A DNA stretch of 63,845 nucleotides, filler included, from Pseudovirgaria hyperparasitica (taxonomy: Eukaryota), in the NCBI GenBank assembly GCA_010093815.1. It is 10 parts of 8 records of this genome, joined end to end, with 100 filler letters (N's around TTAATTAATTAA, not from the genome) between each part and the next. Parts side by side here need not be neighbours in the genome. Positions count along the whole stretch, not along the records: positions 1 to 1,617 come from ML996565.1; positions 1,718 to 3,691 come from ML996565.1; positions 3,792 to 14,244 come from ML996566.1; 7 more parts are not named here. One strand, 5' to 3'. Under the pieces are notes generated by a model. That model had not been told where the DNA came from. It saw only the letters and a list, made by a program, of their open reading frames with translations, and ran no database searches. Numbering within the stretch: position 1 is the first letter of the stretch; each line of letters begins with the position of its first letter. This document shows, piece after piece, positions 1 to 13,200 of this stretch. Both the position numbers and the translations under genes were made by a program.

Positions 1-1617
1 ATAATAATTCGATCTAATATATAGAGCCTTCTAAATAATATCGCTATTACTTAAAACTCTTAATAATTATAAGTAGTTCCTAGTCGTGCGTATTATAACA
101 CGTCTCTATATCCGCTATTTTATAGGAAAAGAAAGCGACCGGGTACTATTATACCTTATCTTTTACATCTTTATACGGTTAACTAATAATTCTAGTAATT
201 ACGAATCCTAACGCGTTAGTTTCGACCCGAATATACTTCTTAGGATTAAAATACCTAAGAATCGGCGTAGTTATAAAGTAATTCTTTAACGATCGGAACG
301 TATCTTACGCTTCCGGCGTTAACTATATCTCGACTAACTTAGCTTTACGCTATACTCGCCTACCTATAGAGATTTTACCGCTATTCTCTATAAGTTTATT
401 AAGCGGCGCCGTAATTCGTAAGAAGCCTATAATGAATTTATAATAATAGTTTACGAAACCTATAAATGTTCTAATTTAACATATAGTAGTAGATTCTAGC
501 CATTCTATAATGGTCTTTACACGCTCCGGCTCCATTTTTAGGCCGCTATATATTATAATAAAGCCGAGAAACCCAACTTCTTATTAGTAAAACTCGCATT
601 TAGATAATTTTATATCGAGTTTATACTACCTTAGACGATTTAGTACCGATTTCACGTGTCCTTTATAATTCTATATACTATTAGAGTAAATTAGTATATT
701 ATTAAGATAAACTACGTAAATCACGTTAAGTAATCCTATGAGTATAGTGTTAATATATTCTTAAAACGCTTCTAGCGCATTTATTAGCCCGAATAGTATA
801 ATAGTATACTTAAAATAACTATATCTAGTCCGAAATGCGGTTTTCTACTTATCTCCGTAACGAATTCGAAGCCGGTAATATATATCTCGTAAATCTAGCT
901 TTATAAAGTACTTTACCTTCGTTAATTAGTCTAAAGATTTACTAACTAGTAGTAATGGGTGATAATTCTTCTTAGTTACCGCATTTAGTATCTAATAGTC
1001 GATATATAGACGTAAACTTCCGTCTTTCTTCTTTACGAAGAGAATAGATACGCTAGCTAATGACGTACTATAACGTATCTAGCCTCTTTTAAGATATTCT
1101 TTAATATATTTATAAAGAACTTCGAGTTCTAGTCTCGAAAGTAGGTAAAGTAGGCTATAAGGGACGTCTACTCCCTCTTCGAGCTCGATCTTTAGCTTAT
1201 ACGGCCCGTGATTAGGGAGAAGTAATATATCTCCTACCGAAAACACATCCGTATACTATGAATATACGTCGGGTAGCATGTCTTCGCCCTAATTATTACT
1301 ATTATCCTTATCTTTATCGATAATCGATAAGGATATAAGATAGATTAGTAACGATTAGGTCCGCACGGTAAGGTTCTATACCTCCTTACTAATAGTTACG
1401 ACTTACTAGTATAATTTACTATAGTATTATTAGAACGTTAATATCTCCTTCTAAAAATTAAGGATAGGGTTTAGGCGTCTAAGCTAAGACATCCCTAGAA
1501 TCATATTCTATTAGCTAATATTAGCCACGATAAATTTATTAGATATCTACTATTTTATTATCTTTAAGTTATAAACTTCGTAATTTATTATAGCTTTACC
1601 TAAAGTTCTAACTTTAT
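1..1617 (-). mobile_element. Ty3/gypsy chromovirus family A, RIP-inactivated pol fragment (protease end, RT, RNase H)
   Basis: Reverse complement of ~53400-55014. Minus strand reads RIP-degenerate RT (YLDD as YLNN near 700) and RNase H (ETNALGF for ETDASGF near 210). Confidence 0.9.
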
Positions 1618-1717
1618 NNNNNNNNNNNNNNNNNNNNNNNNNNNNNNNNNNNNNNNNNNNNTTAATTAATTAANNNNNNNNNNNNNNNNNNNNNNNNNNN
1701 NNNNNNNNNNNNNNNNN
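1618..1717. other. Scaffold gap: 44 N + TTAATTAATTAA linker + 44 N (assembly artefact)
   Basis: Same 100-bp cassette at 3692-3791, 14245-14344, 20046-20145, 22193-22292, 50336-50435, 55187-55286, 56772-56871 and 60156-60255. Short N runs at 45350-45363, 51747-51756 and 62920-62929. Confidence 0.97.
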
Positions 1718-1941
1718 AGAATAGGGTTATTAGATAGTAGTATAGTTAGATAGAATAATAGGGTATATTCTATTATAGAACGAATTACTACCGAACCCTT
1801 TTAGTAGGAATCCGAGAGTATATATATAAAGGGACGCCGATCTATCTAGTACGTAACTATTTACCGCCCTTCACGTTACCTCCTAACCCTATTAGCTAAG
1901 GTATATGTAGGTCGGGTCCTACCTAAGGCTAAGTCCTAATA
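1718..1941 (-). repeat. Family A LTR (nearly complete, clipped by gap), junction into family B gag at 1942
   Basis: Matches 48914-49141 and 62596-62823. Sequence from 1942 matches family B gag in reverse complement. Confidence 0.9.
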
Positions 1942-2574
1942 CTAACGCTATCTCTCCGCGTGTAGCTTAGTATATACGTCGTCGTAAGGCGTGGTTAACG
2001 TTAGTCGGTTCTAATAAATTAATTCGTTAACGTTAATAGGGTCTAGTCTTATAGTAAGGATAGGTCTAGTATAGTATAAACTAGACCGCGATAGAGTATA
2101 ATGGACTCCTTCCTTATTATCTAGGTAATCTTCTATAGTTATATAGAATACCGTACTAGTTATTAGTATAATAGCCTATAGGGTATACTTATTAGTAGAG
2201 GTAGTCGTAGGGAGACTATTCTCTTCGTTTAGATTTAGAGAGAGTCTCTTATATAAGGTAGTGTTACGGGTATTATAGCGCGTAGTAGGAGCTATCTCTA
2301 TAAGCTACCGTCGTGCTATATAGAGAGAAATTAAAATATAAAGAGTAAAGACGTAGGATAGTAGTCTAATAACTCATAGAGAGACATAGGAATGTATTTA
2401 TAGAGTAATCTTACTCTTATACGAGGTTAATTCCTAACGAGTAGGAATTGGTTTATACGGTCTACTTATATAGTAACCTCGCTTAACTTAGCTAACTTAA
2501 CCCAGCTCTGGCCACTACGTGGCTACATGGATTAGAATGGTCTATATAGGTCCATTATGGTTCCCGTCCTAATA
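1942..2574 (-). mobile_element. Family B 5' end (5' LTR 2337-2574 plus start of gag), inserted in a family A 3' region
   Basis: 238-bp LTR is the reverse complement of 38516-38753. Sequence after 2574 is the reverse complement of 49142-49627. Confidence 0.9.
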
Positions 2575-3288
2575 ATATTATAATTATTACTAATTTATAT
2601 AGATTATTATAAATTATATTATTACTAGCTAAGGATAGTATAAGAATTAGTAAATTACGTAAATCGTACTAAATTATAGTAAATCTATATAAATCTATAT
2701 TTATAAGGATTAGATAATATACCTAATAATCTAAAAAACTCTATAAAGAGTTAAGAAGTTTTTTAAAGAAAGGAATATTTCTAAGAAAAGATTATAATAT
2801 AGGTAGTACCTAGGCTTACCTAATTATATTATATAATACGCTAGGCCTAATTAGGTAATCTTACCTATATAAGAAGTTAAGATAGATAAAATCTAGTTTA
2901 TTAGGAAAACGCTTATATAAATCTTAGATTAGTAAATATTAGTAAGTATCTAAGATAAAGTATAGAGAATAACTAAGGTCTTACGAGACTTAGAATAGAG
3001 ATATAGAGATAGATAATAATCTAGATCGCTAAGGGTAGCTTCCTAGAGAAAAGGGATAATTATTAGGACTTAGTCTTAGATAGAACCTAACCTATATATA
3101 CCTTAGCTAATAGGGTTAGAAGGTAACGTAAAGGGCGGTAAATAGTTATATACTAGATAGATCGGCGTCCCTTTATATATATACTCTCGGATTTCTACTA
3201 AAAGGGTTTAGTAGTAATTTATTCTATAATAGAATATACTCTATTATTCTATCTAACTATACTACTATCTAATAACCCTATTCTTATA
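2575..3288 (+). mobile_element. Family A 3' region, polypurine tract and 3' LTR (3061-3288)
   Basis: PPT AGAGAAAAGGGATAAT directly before a 228-bp LTR TATTAGGAC...TTCTTATA (TG..CA after de-RIP). Confidence 0.9.
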
Positions 3289-3592
3289 ATAGTTATAAAG
3301 AAACTAATAATGTTATTATTAGAGTTAGATTCGAAATCTAAAATTTTAATAACTTTAGCCTTATTAGCTTTTTATCGCTTACTTAAGGAGTTCTTTTTAG
3401 AAGACTTCTTATCTAACTTATTTTTAGACTTATTATTATCCTTAGAAGTCTTAAGCTTACGGTAGTTCTAATACTTATAGCCTTTAGAAGAGAAGCCGCG
3501 TTTCTTATACTAGGTATATTCGATATTAGAGGTAGAAGCGGAGGTAGAGAAGGAGTTAGACTTCTTTAACTTAGAAGGCTAACTAGACTTAC
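3289..3592 (-). pseudogene. Probable Ty1/copia gag fragment with zinc knuckle
   Basis: Minus strand reads EYT*YKKRGFSSKGYKY*NYRKLK, i.e. CTWCKKRGFSSxGHKYQNCRKLK after de-RIP, followed by a K/S-rich linker. Bounded by two family A LTRs. Confidence 0.55.
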
Positions 3593-3691
3593 TATAAGAA
3601 TAGGGTTATTAGATAGTAGTATAGTTAGATAGAATAATAGGGTATATTCTATTATAGAACGAATTACTACCGAACCCTTTTAGTAGGAATC
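3593..3691 (-). repeat. Family A LTR, partial (cut by gap)
   Basis: TATAAGAATAGGGTTATTAGATAG... matches the start of 48914-49141. Confidence 0.9.
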
Positions 3692-3791
3692 NNNNNNNNN
3701 NNNNNNNNNNNNNNNNNNNNNNNNNNNNNNNNNNNTTAATTAATTAANNNNNNNNNNNNNNNNNNNNNNNNNNNNNNNNNNNNNNNNNNNN

Positions 3792-5142
3792 TCTAACTTT
3801 AAGTTTAGAAAGTAATACTTTTCTTAAATCTAATCTATCTTTAATAAATATTATATATAAATACTTATATCTATAATATATCTTTAAATACTTAGACCTT
3901 AGAATCTATAATTTAATCTAATATTTTTATACTATATTCTATAATCTAATATATTTCTCTCTTTCTTTATCTAAACTTTAATAAATACTATATAATTAAT
4001 TAAGATTTCTAACTAATTAATTCTAGAGACCTATTTAAGTAGATATATACTCTAGAATTAAGCTCTTAAGAGTTCTACTAGTCTAGAGAGTAATCTAGAT
4101 TATCTTTAATCTTCTATATAATCTAGTTTAAATCTATCTCTATTAGATACCTATACTATGGTTAATTTAGATATATATATAGTACTACTTAATAGTAAAT
4201 AGTAACTTATATATATATAGTATAGTAAAGATATATATTATATTTTCTATATACTTCTATACTTATTATTTAGTAAAGTATACTACTCTCTATATCTAGT
4301 AGAATTTCTATATATTTATTATATTTATCTTATATTATAGTAGTACTATATTTATAGCTTTATATATACTAGAGATAAGATAGAGAATATAGTTCTATAT
4401 AGATTTAAGTTTTAGATATCTTATCTATATAAGAGATATATACTAATACTTATATCTATATTTAAAGATAGATTATACTATAGAGATATAACCCTAATAT
4501 ACTTTATTCTAGATAGTTCTTTATATATAGACTATAATCTAATATATAATAGCTTCTATCTTAAGAACTTTAGATATAATATATTATAGAAGGCCGCTCC
4601 TATAGCTCTATATATATATATCCCTAGCTCGATTATATGGCTTTATTATATATTTAAGGAGGGCGTTTTCCTTACTTATTTCGTTTAGTACGCTTCCCCT
4701 ATTACTAATATTTAACTATTTAACTTTTTCTTATATTTATAGGCTTCTATAGGTATTAATTATTAGGCTTAGCTATTAAAGAATTAATTAAGAGTATTAT
4801 ATAGACCCGTTCTATTATATAAGAGAACTAATAAGAAGTTATATATTTAAAGAGAACTTATAATATCTAGAAGAGATACTCGTGAGTTCGTCGCGACTAC
4901 TATACTAGAAATATAACTATTTATAAAAGGGATACACGTAGCGATAGCTTACTATAATATATTATCTATAATCTCTATTTAAGTTTATTATTAATTATTA
5001 TATAAAGTATATATATACTCTATATTAGTAGTCTAGTAAGAATATCTATTCTAGTATATTACTTACTTTCTCTAGTAGTCTAGTAAAGATATCTATTCTA
5101 GTATATTACTTACTTTCTCTAGTAGTCTATTTTCTATAATAC
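3792..5142. mobile_element. Extremely RIP-degenerate relic, possibly a minus-strand gypsy integrase 3' end; interrupted by a family C solo LTR
   Basis: Almost no CpA/TpG left. Faint KI...HISLL-like trace on the minus strand near 4220-4260. ~46-bp tandem duplication at ~5027-5128. Confidence 0.3.
4585..4956 (+). repeat. Solo LTR of family C with 4-bp TSD (ATAT)
   Basis: Matches 59742-60113 and the reverse complement of 26785-27155. ATAT at 4581-4584 and 4957-4960. Confidence 0.9.
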
Positions 5143-7740
5143 TATTAGGTATATTATCTACTAGAGGGTCTCTATATATATAGTAGTTATATATAAGTAG
5201 TTTACTCTATTCTTAAAGTAGTAACTCTTAGATTTAGTTCTTTTATAGTATAGATAGTTAGTATATATAGTCTACTACCTTAAATAATCTTAAAGCTACT
5301 ATAGAGTTATAGATTTAACTCTTAGTAGACTATAAGTAGTCTTAAATTTAAAGCTACTTTTCTAGAGTTCTAAAGATATTAGTATTATAGAGTAGAGTCT
5401 TATAGAGTATAATATTATAGAGTAGAGTCTTTTAGAGTATAGTATTATAGAGTAGAGTCTTATAATACTCTAGTTTAGTTATAGTCTAAGGCTATATATA
5501 TATTATATAATATAGTCTCTTTATAAGTTCTTAGTAATATATCTAAAACTTTATCTTTTACTTATAAGTAGATAGCTAATAGATAGTCTTTAGCTATTAT
5601 AGAGAGAAAATAGTAGCTAATAAGAAAATTCTCTACTATAAATAGAATACTATATTATATTATTACTAGTAGAATAATAATAGAGTAATAATAGAAATAT
5701 ATTCTATTTACTATAAGTAAAGTAGTACTAGTATTAATCTAGGGCTTATATTATATAGTATAAAGATATCTCTCTATAACCTTACCTTTAGCTACTACTA
5801 TTACTACTTTATACTAGAAAGGCCCTTTTTAAAATAACTAAGTAAGTTACCTCTTCTATTATAACTTTATTTCTATATCTTCTATATCTTACTCTACTCT
5901 CTTAGACTACTATAATAGTTATATAGAAGTAGTATAGCTATAGATTAGTATATTATAAATTTTTACCTATAATTTTCTTAACCTTAATATAACTTCTTCT
6001 CTACTCTTATATAGCTAATATTAACTTATAGACCCTTATACTAAGTAATCCCTACTATAATAATAGTAATAGTTAACTATATATCTAGTAGCTATATAAC
6101 TAGTACTTCTAGTTATAGTAGAGATAATAATAGTAGTAGTTATAGCTCTCTAAAGTAGCTACTAAAATTAGAGTTAGAATAACTACTATATCTTATCTAA
6201 GATAGAGAGCTTCTATAAAGATATTAATAGTAAGTATAATAAAGAGATCTTTTATAAGTTAGTCTACTATTATAGTAAGAAAACTATCTAACTCTACGTA
6301 GCTAATAGCCGTAAGAACTTTAAGATATATCTTACTATTAAAAATCTAGAGCGTTTCTACGCTAGAAATAATACTAAGATTAAAAAGTTTCTTCTAATAA
6401 TAGTATAGCTTAATATTATATCTACTAGGTATTATAAGGTTAATCTTAGCTATCTTTACTTTAGGTACTCTACTCTTATCTATATCTACTCTAAGATTAT
6501 TATAAAGGTATATATAATCTATTATAAGAATAAATAGTACTTTAAGTTCTACTATATTTCTCTCTCTAGCCTCTAGATATTATTTAGTTATAGTAGATAT
6601 ACTAATTATAGTATAGCTAGTAAGTAGTTATACTATTTCTTTATAGTAGATAGAAGTAAGTTATATCTCTTTTAGTTATACTATAATAAAGATCTCTAAC
6701 TAGTAATTAGATAAGCTAGCTAAGATTTCTATCTATACTAGTAAAGCCTTATACTCTTATTAGTCTTCTACTACTTCTATATATACTAGTAGACCCTTCT
6801 ACTTATACTAGTTATCTACTATAAAGATTATCTCTAGTCTAGTTATACTACGCTATCTTATAAAGAAGTCTAATCTTTAGACTATTATCTAGATACTTAA
6901 CTCTAAGAATACTAAAACTATATACTACCGCGTCTATAAACTTTATAATATTATAAAGAAGATAGAGGAACGTACTAATAACGCTAAGGCTAATACTAAC
7001 TTTATAAGTTTCTCTAAGTAGATAGTACTATTACTATATAGCTAGTTAGTTAGAGTAGTAGTAGTACTACTTTATATTATAACTATACTTCTATATAGAT
7101 AAATACTAAGCTCTTTCTCTAATATCTATTCTATCTAGATAATTATTATAAGTCTTATAATTCTAAACTTTTTAGCTATATAGTTATAAAGTCTATAAGA
7201 TATAGCGCTAACCTAAAGAAGAATAGTTTAGAGTATTAATTCTATTACTATATAATAATATATAACACCTAAAATTAAAAGAAACTTCCTCTATCTATAA
7301 TATTCTATTATATAGATATAATAATTATTTAGCTCTACCGCTAGTATAAATAATAGTAATCTTAATTTTAGTAGCTCTATATATATTACTATATCTATAA
7401 CTATTATAGAGTATCTAAGCTTATTATAATTCTACTAATTAATATATAACTTGAGTACTAGGGTAGTTATATAAATATACTAGTAAGTATATTCTATAAT
7501 AGATATAAGAGAATATTATATAGATAGAAGGTAGAGTATCTAGAAAAACATCTAATTAAAATACTAGAAGTATAATAGAATTTAAATATAAGTAAGAATT
7601 AAAGAAAATTTATATTATAGATATTAGTAATAGTATCTATAATAATATAGTACTAGAAGAGAAGAAAATACTTAAGACTATTATAGAGTAGTTTAAGTAA
7701 GACTAGCGTTATAGCTAGATAGAAAGAATATTAGAGTATA

Positions 7741-10279
7741 CCTATTCTATATACTTTAGAGTTATAATCTCTAATATACTTCTAACTTAAACTATATATA
7801 TATACTTTAATAGTACTATATATATATAAAATAAAGATAGCTATATTAATATAGCTAATACTATATATTTATTACTCGTAGACTTCTTTCTAGTTATCTA
7901 GAAGTTAAGTACTTATATTCTAGTTATATTCCTTAGTAGTAGGTACCTCTAAGGTCTAACTTTAAGCCTCTCTAGCTACCCTCTAAGTATCTCTCTTAAT
8001 AGTACTTATATACTTCTTTATAATAGTAACCCTAGAGTCTCTAATATTAAAGGGACTATATTTACTAATACTTTTCTTTATAGAAGGGTTATATCTAGTA
8101 TAATTAATAGCTACTTATTAATTATTATATAATTTATTATAATAGAGTTTATACTTAATAGAGAGTATATAGGTTAATTTATATAGTTTACTCTATAGTT
8201 TCTAATTAGCTTTAGTAAATCTACTCTCTTACTATAGTTTATCTATTTTCTAGAGTAACTAGTAATAAGATTTAGGTAAGTATAGTATTAATAGAGTTAC
8301 TAATAGATTTATAGATACCTTAACGTCTATTTTAGTACGTATCTAATCTAATATAATATTAGAATTAAAAGAAATTAACCTAGTCTTTCTAAAGGCGTTT
8401 CTAATTATATCTAGTTTAAATATAGTAACTCTCTATAAGTAGATTCTATAGAGAAATTTAATCTTATTAAAGTCTAAGTAGCCTTCGTATATAGCTATCT
8501 TAACTCCTATTATATAATAGTATTTATATATCTAAAAATAGTTAATATTAAGTAGCTATAATACGTAACTACTATAGAGAGATAGACTAAAGAGAAGTAT
8601 TTAATTCTTATTATAATACTTAATAAATTCGATAGTCTAAAGAGAAGTATTTAATTCTTATTATAATACTTAATAAATTCGATAGTTAAATAGAATACTA
8701 CTCTATCTAGTATAATAAGTTAATAGACGCTAAGTATATAAGATTTAATATATTTATTAAAGTATTAAATCTATAATAGGGCTAGCTAGTTATTTATATA
8801 GCTAGATTCTAAGTAGGATACTTTATAGACCTAATACGTTATAGTCCTATATACTATAGAATATATAGAACTACTTAAACTTTATAAAGAAGCCCTTTAT
8901 CTCTACTATATCCTCTATTATAATATATATAGACTCTTATATTTTCTATTTTACCTTTTTATATTTAGAATTACGTGCTAGCTATTATATAATCTAGTTA
9001 TATCTAATTAGACGTAGTATATAGTTAGAACTAGGCTTAGTACTATATATAAGAATACTCTTTATAGTACTCTAAATCTACCTAATTAAAATAGATATAC
9101 TAATCTTATTATAGTAGTATATATACTTCTTAAGGGTAAGCTTCTATCGTAGATTAAGTCTATTAGAAGTCTTAGTTTATATAGCTTTTAGTAGTTATTA
9201 GGCACGTGCCTACTAGTTAATTATATATATATATAGTAGTTATATATAAGTAGTGTGCTCCACCCTTAAAGTAGTAGCTTTAAGATTCGGTCCTTTTAGT
9301 ATAGTTAGTTAGTGCGTAGAGCCCGCCTCCTTATATAATCTTAAAGCTACTACGGGGTTACGGGTTTAACTCTTGGTCTAGTTAACTATTATTAAATTTT
9401 ATATAATTTCGTTTAGCTTACCACGTTACGTGTACTTTATATATATAATAGATAATATAGTAGTAACGTTACTACGGTAAGTTAGCGTGTCTAGTACTAG
9501 AGGCGGTATTATAAGTATTAATTAGGTGTATACATGATTCGTTTATACTAGGCCCGTTACAGCTAGTTTAGTTTATCTTTCGTAAGGTAGTATACCCACG
9601 ACGCGTAAGGGTACACGCCTTCGAAAAGGGAAGATATTATTAGGCACGTGCCTACTAGTTAATAATATATATATATAGTAGTTATATATAAGTAGTGTGC
9701 TCCACCCTTAAAGTAGTAGCTTTAAGATTCGGTTCTTTTAGTATAGTTAGTTAGTATATAGAGTCTATCTCCTTATATAATCTTAAAGCTACTACGGGGT
9801 TACGGGTTTAACTCTTAGTCTAGTTAACCATTATTAAATTTCGTACGATTCTATTTAGCTTACTATATCACGTATACTTTATATATATAATAGATAATAT
9901 AGTAGTAACGTTACTATGGTAAGTTAGTATATCTAGTACTAGAGGCGGTATTACGAGTATTAATTAGGTATATATATAATTTATTTATACTAGGCCTATT
10001 ATAGCTAGTTTAGTTTATCTTTTATAAGGTAGATACCCACGACGCGTAAGGGTACGCGCCTTTAAAAAGGGGAGATATTATTAGGCACGTGCCTACTAGT
10101 TAATTATATATATATATAGTAGTTATATATAAGTAGTGTGCTCCACCCTTAAAGTAGTAGCTTTAAGATTTGGTCCTTTTAGTATAGTTAGTTAGTACGT
10201 AGAGCCCGCCTTCTTATAATATATATAGTTTAAGTTAGAAGTACTTTAGAGATTATAACTCTAAAGTATATAGAATAGA
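7741..10279 (-). mobile_element. pogo/Fot1-like (Tc1/mariner superfamily) DNA transposon relic with ~60-bp TIRs and TA flanks, internally deleted
   Basis: 7741-7800 is an inverted repeat of 10220-10279, with TA on both outer sides. Minus strand reads YSSYVL*LLNINYF* (HSSHVLQPLDVNCFQ de-RIP, ~8530-8576) and NAFRKTRLISFNSNIIL (~8350-8400). 50-bp tandem duplication at ~8588-8686. Confidence 0.7.
9196..10218 (+). mobile_element. Tandem TRIM: LTR-internal-LTR-internal-LTR
   Basis: Three 140-bp LTRs (9196-9335, 9638-9777, 10079-10218) separated by ~300-bp non-coding internals, each ending in a PPT (AAAAGGGA/GAGATAT). Confidence 0.9.
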
Positions 10280-13200
10280 TATAATATTTCTTAGTATACT
10301 ATCTAGTATATACTTATTATTATTAGATAGAATAATATAGATACCCTTAGAGTTTATAATATAGCTAATAGTAATATATAGCTAGCTATAGATAAATACC
10401 TTATAATCTAAGAGAAGGCCTATATTCTAAAGACTCTAGCCCTACGACTTATTATTTATTATAGTAAATACTAGCTTAACTAGAAATTAGTATTACTTAA
10501 AGACTATTCTATTCTTTAGCTTCTCTATAATAAAGGGTATCTATAGAAGTTAGACTAATTTTCTATATTATTATATACTAAGAATCTATACTATAATAGT
10601 TCTAGAATTAATATCTAATACTTAAAGTTATGTACTATTATAGAGATAATTACTTAGATTAATATTAGGGTTAATATTATAATATATCTAATCTTAAATT
10701 ATAGCTTATATAGTAGAATTCCTAGTATCTTAAATATATTTATCTACTTAAGTATTATAAAGCTAGTACTATTATTATTCTTTAGTTTATTAACTAAGTA
10801 CTAAGTTATAACTTATTCTAGTATCTATAATAGTAGATATTTATTTAGTATATCTACTTTCTAGTTATATATAGTAAGAATAGTAGATAATTAGAGGGAC
10901 TCTAAGGTAAGACCCCTAGGCTATTATATAGTAGAAAAGATTCTACTTACTAATATATTAAGGCTATAACTAGATATAAAGTACTAGGTACTCTAAGTAG
11001 TATATCTATTATAGCTAGAGTAATTTCTAATATTAAGAATCTTTACTATAAATTACTCTATCTTATTATAATAATACTCTATTATTCTAGGTATAAAAAG
11101 ATATATATTTATAGTAAGATATAGTATATAGATCTAGGGCTAGAGATATAAGTTCTTTAGATATAACTAGATAATCTATAACTAAGTACTACGTAGAATA
11201 ATTAGAAGAGACTATTAAAAGTTACTATAGAAGTATATTATTATACTACTAAACACCTTTATATTCTAATTATAGATATTATATATAGTTTAATCTTCTA
11301 CCTTAATAGAATATTAATATAATATTATATATTTATTCTAGAAATATATATCTATAGTATATAGTATATAGCTAAGATAGATACTAGTACTAATATTATA
11401 GCTAGTATTAATCTCTACCTAGAGGGAAACCTTAAAATAGAAATATACTATTATACTACTATATAGAAGAATCATAGTAATACTAGAGAAGGTAGCTACT
11501 AATATAACTTTTCTAGATAGTTATAGTATATCTAATACTAGATTCTATACTAGTATCTTCTCTATTCTACTAGGCCTATTAAGAAAGAAGACTTCTCTAT
11601 AACTAGCCTCTATAGCACCTAATAGAGTATTATATATATATTACTACTTCTAGTTTAGACTAGAGAGATACTATATAATAAACTATACTAGATTATTATA
11701 ATACTAGTTTATCTACTTATAAAGAAGATAATTTCTATCTAGTATAGTTATATAGACCTAATTAAAGGCTAGTATAGAGAGTATAATATAGTTTATATCT
11801 ATTTCTATATATTAGAGATAGTTATAAATATAGTTAAGTACTAGCTTATATTATTATATAACTACTAGTATAGAGACCTAGAAGTACTTATAAAGCTAGT
11901 AGATATAGTTATTACTAAGAGTATCCTTAAACTAGTCCTAGAGATCTTAATTACTACCTTAGTTATTAGCTTATACTATAATAGTAAATATCTATTATAG
12001 ATCTACTATAGACTAAGTATCTATAATCTCTATAAGTACTAGCTAGTATTTACTATTATTATAAAGTAGCCCTTATATAGTATATATATTACGGTATTTA
12101 GAATATACTATTCTAAAGAAATTATTAAAAGATATAATATTTTTACTAGCTCTTACTAGCGTCTTACTAGAATTATAATAAAAAAACTACCTTTTACTAT
12201 ATATTAAATTAACTAGACTCTAATTTAAGAATCTAGTCTCTAGTTTTATAGCTCTATCTATAATAAGTATTTTTATATACTTTTTACTCTCTATAGAGCT
12301 ATACTTATAGATAAGATAGATTTATAAGTCTCTAGAGTTATATATAGTAAGTAGATAATAGATCTAAGAGTTAAAAATTTAACTTAGCCGTAGATTTTCT
12401 AGTATATCTTAGTACCTTAAATTAAGACTATATATAGTCTACCAGCTATAGACTACTCTAGTACTATTATATATTCTTATATTATTAAATAATATCTATC
12501 TAGAGATATAGAGAAGTAGAGTTTATAGATAGAATATCTCTTCTACTATCTATAGTATCTAGAGAAGATAACTAATTAAGAACCTACTATATTACTTATA
12601 CTATACTTTATTCTAGATCTAGATATAATACTAGAGAAACTCTATATAATAGAGCTATAGTAGCCCTATAATAGTATACTACTAGTTTATAATAAAGAAC
12701 TTAGTTAGTATTATATTTCTAGTCTATACTAGAATAGATATATTCCCTAGTAGATTATTATTACTATATTAGAAAATAACTATTTACTAATTCTTCTTAT
12801 ATATAGTAAGTATCTATATAGAGAGGAACTAGCTATAGAATAGTAGATTTATAATACTATAGATAGCCTTATAGCTAGAGAGATAGTATATATTAATAAA
12901 GATCTTTATCTTATTAAGAATCTAATTCTAGAGAGAAGACTCTACGCTAGTACTATAATAACTCTATTTCTATTAATAACTAGCTTAAGTATAACTATAG
13001 CTATAGCTATAATACTATATACTATCTATATCTATCTACTACTCTAGGTCTAGATATAACCTAGAAGAATTCTAGTTATCGCGCTATATAAGAATATTTA
13101 CTATATCTAGGCCCTTATATATATACTTAAATATATACTTAAATATATCTATACTATAGTATAACTTAATATTAATATATATATTATACTATTTTAAAAG

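Noticed and set aside
1662..1673. TTAATTAATTAA palindrome recurring nine times
   Set aside because: Always centred in a 100-bp N cassette. It is an artificial all-frame-stop scaffold linker.
5383..5462. ~30-bp repeats and the dispersed 35-bp palindrome considered as a CRISPR array
   Set aside because: No unique regularly spaced spacers and no cas genes, in a eukaryotic TE context.
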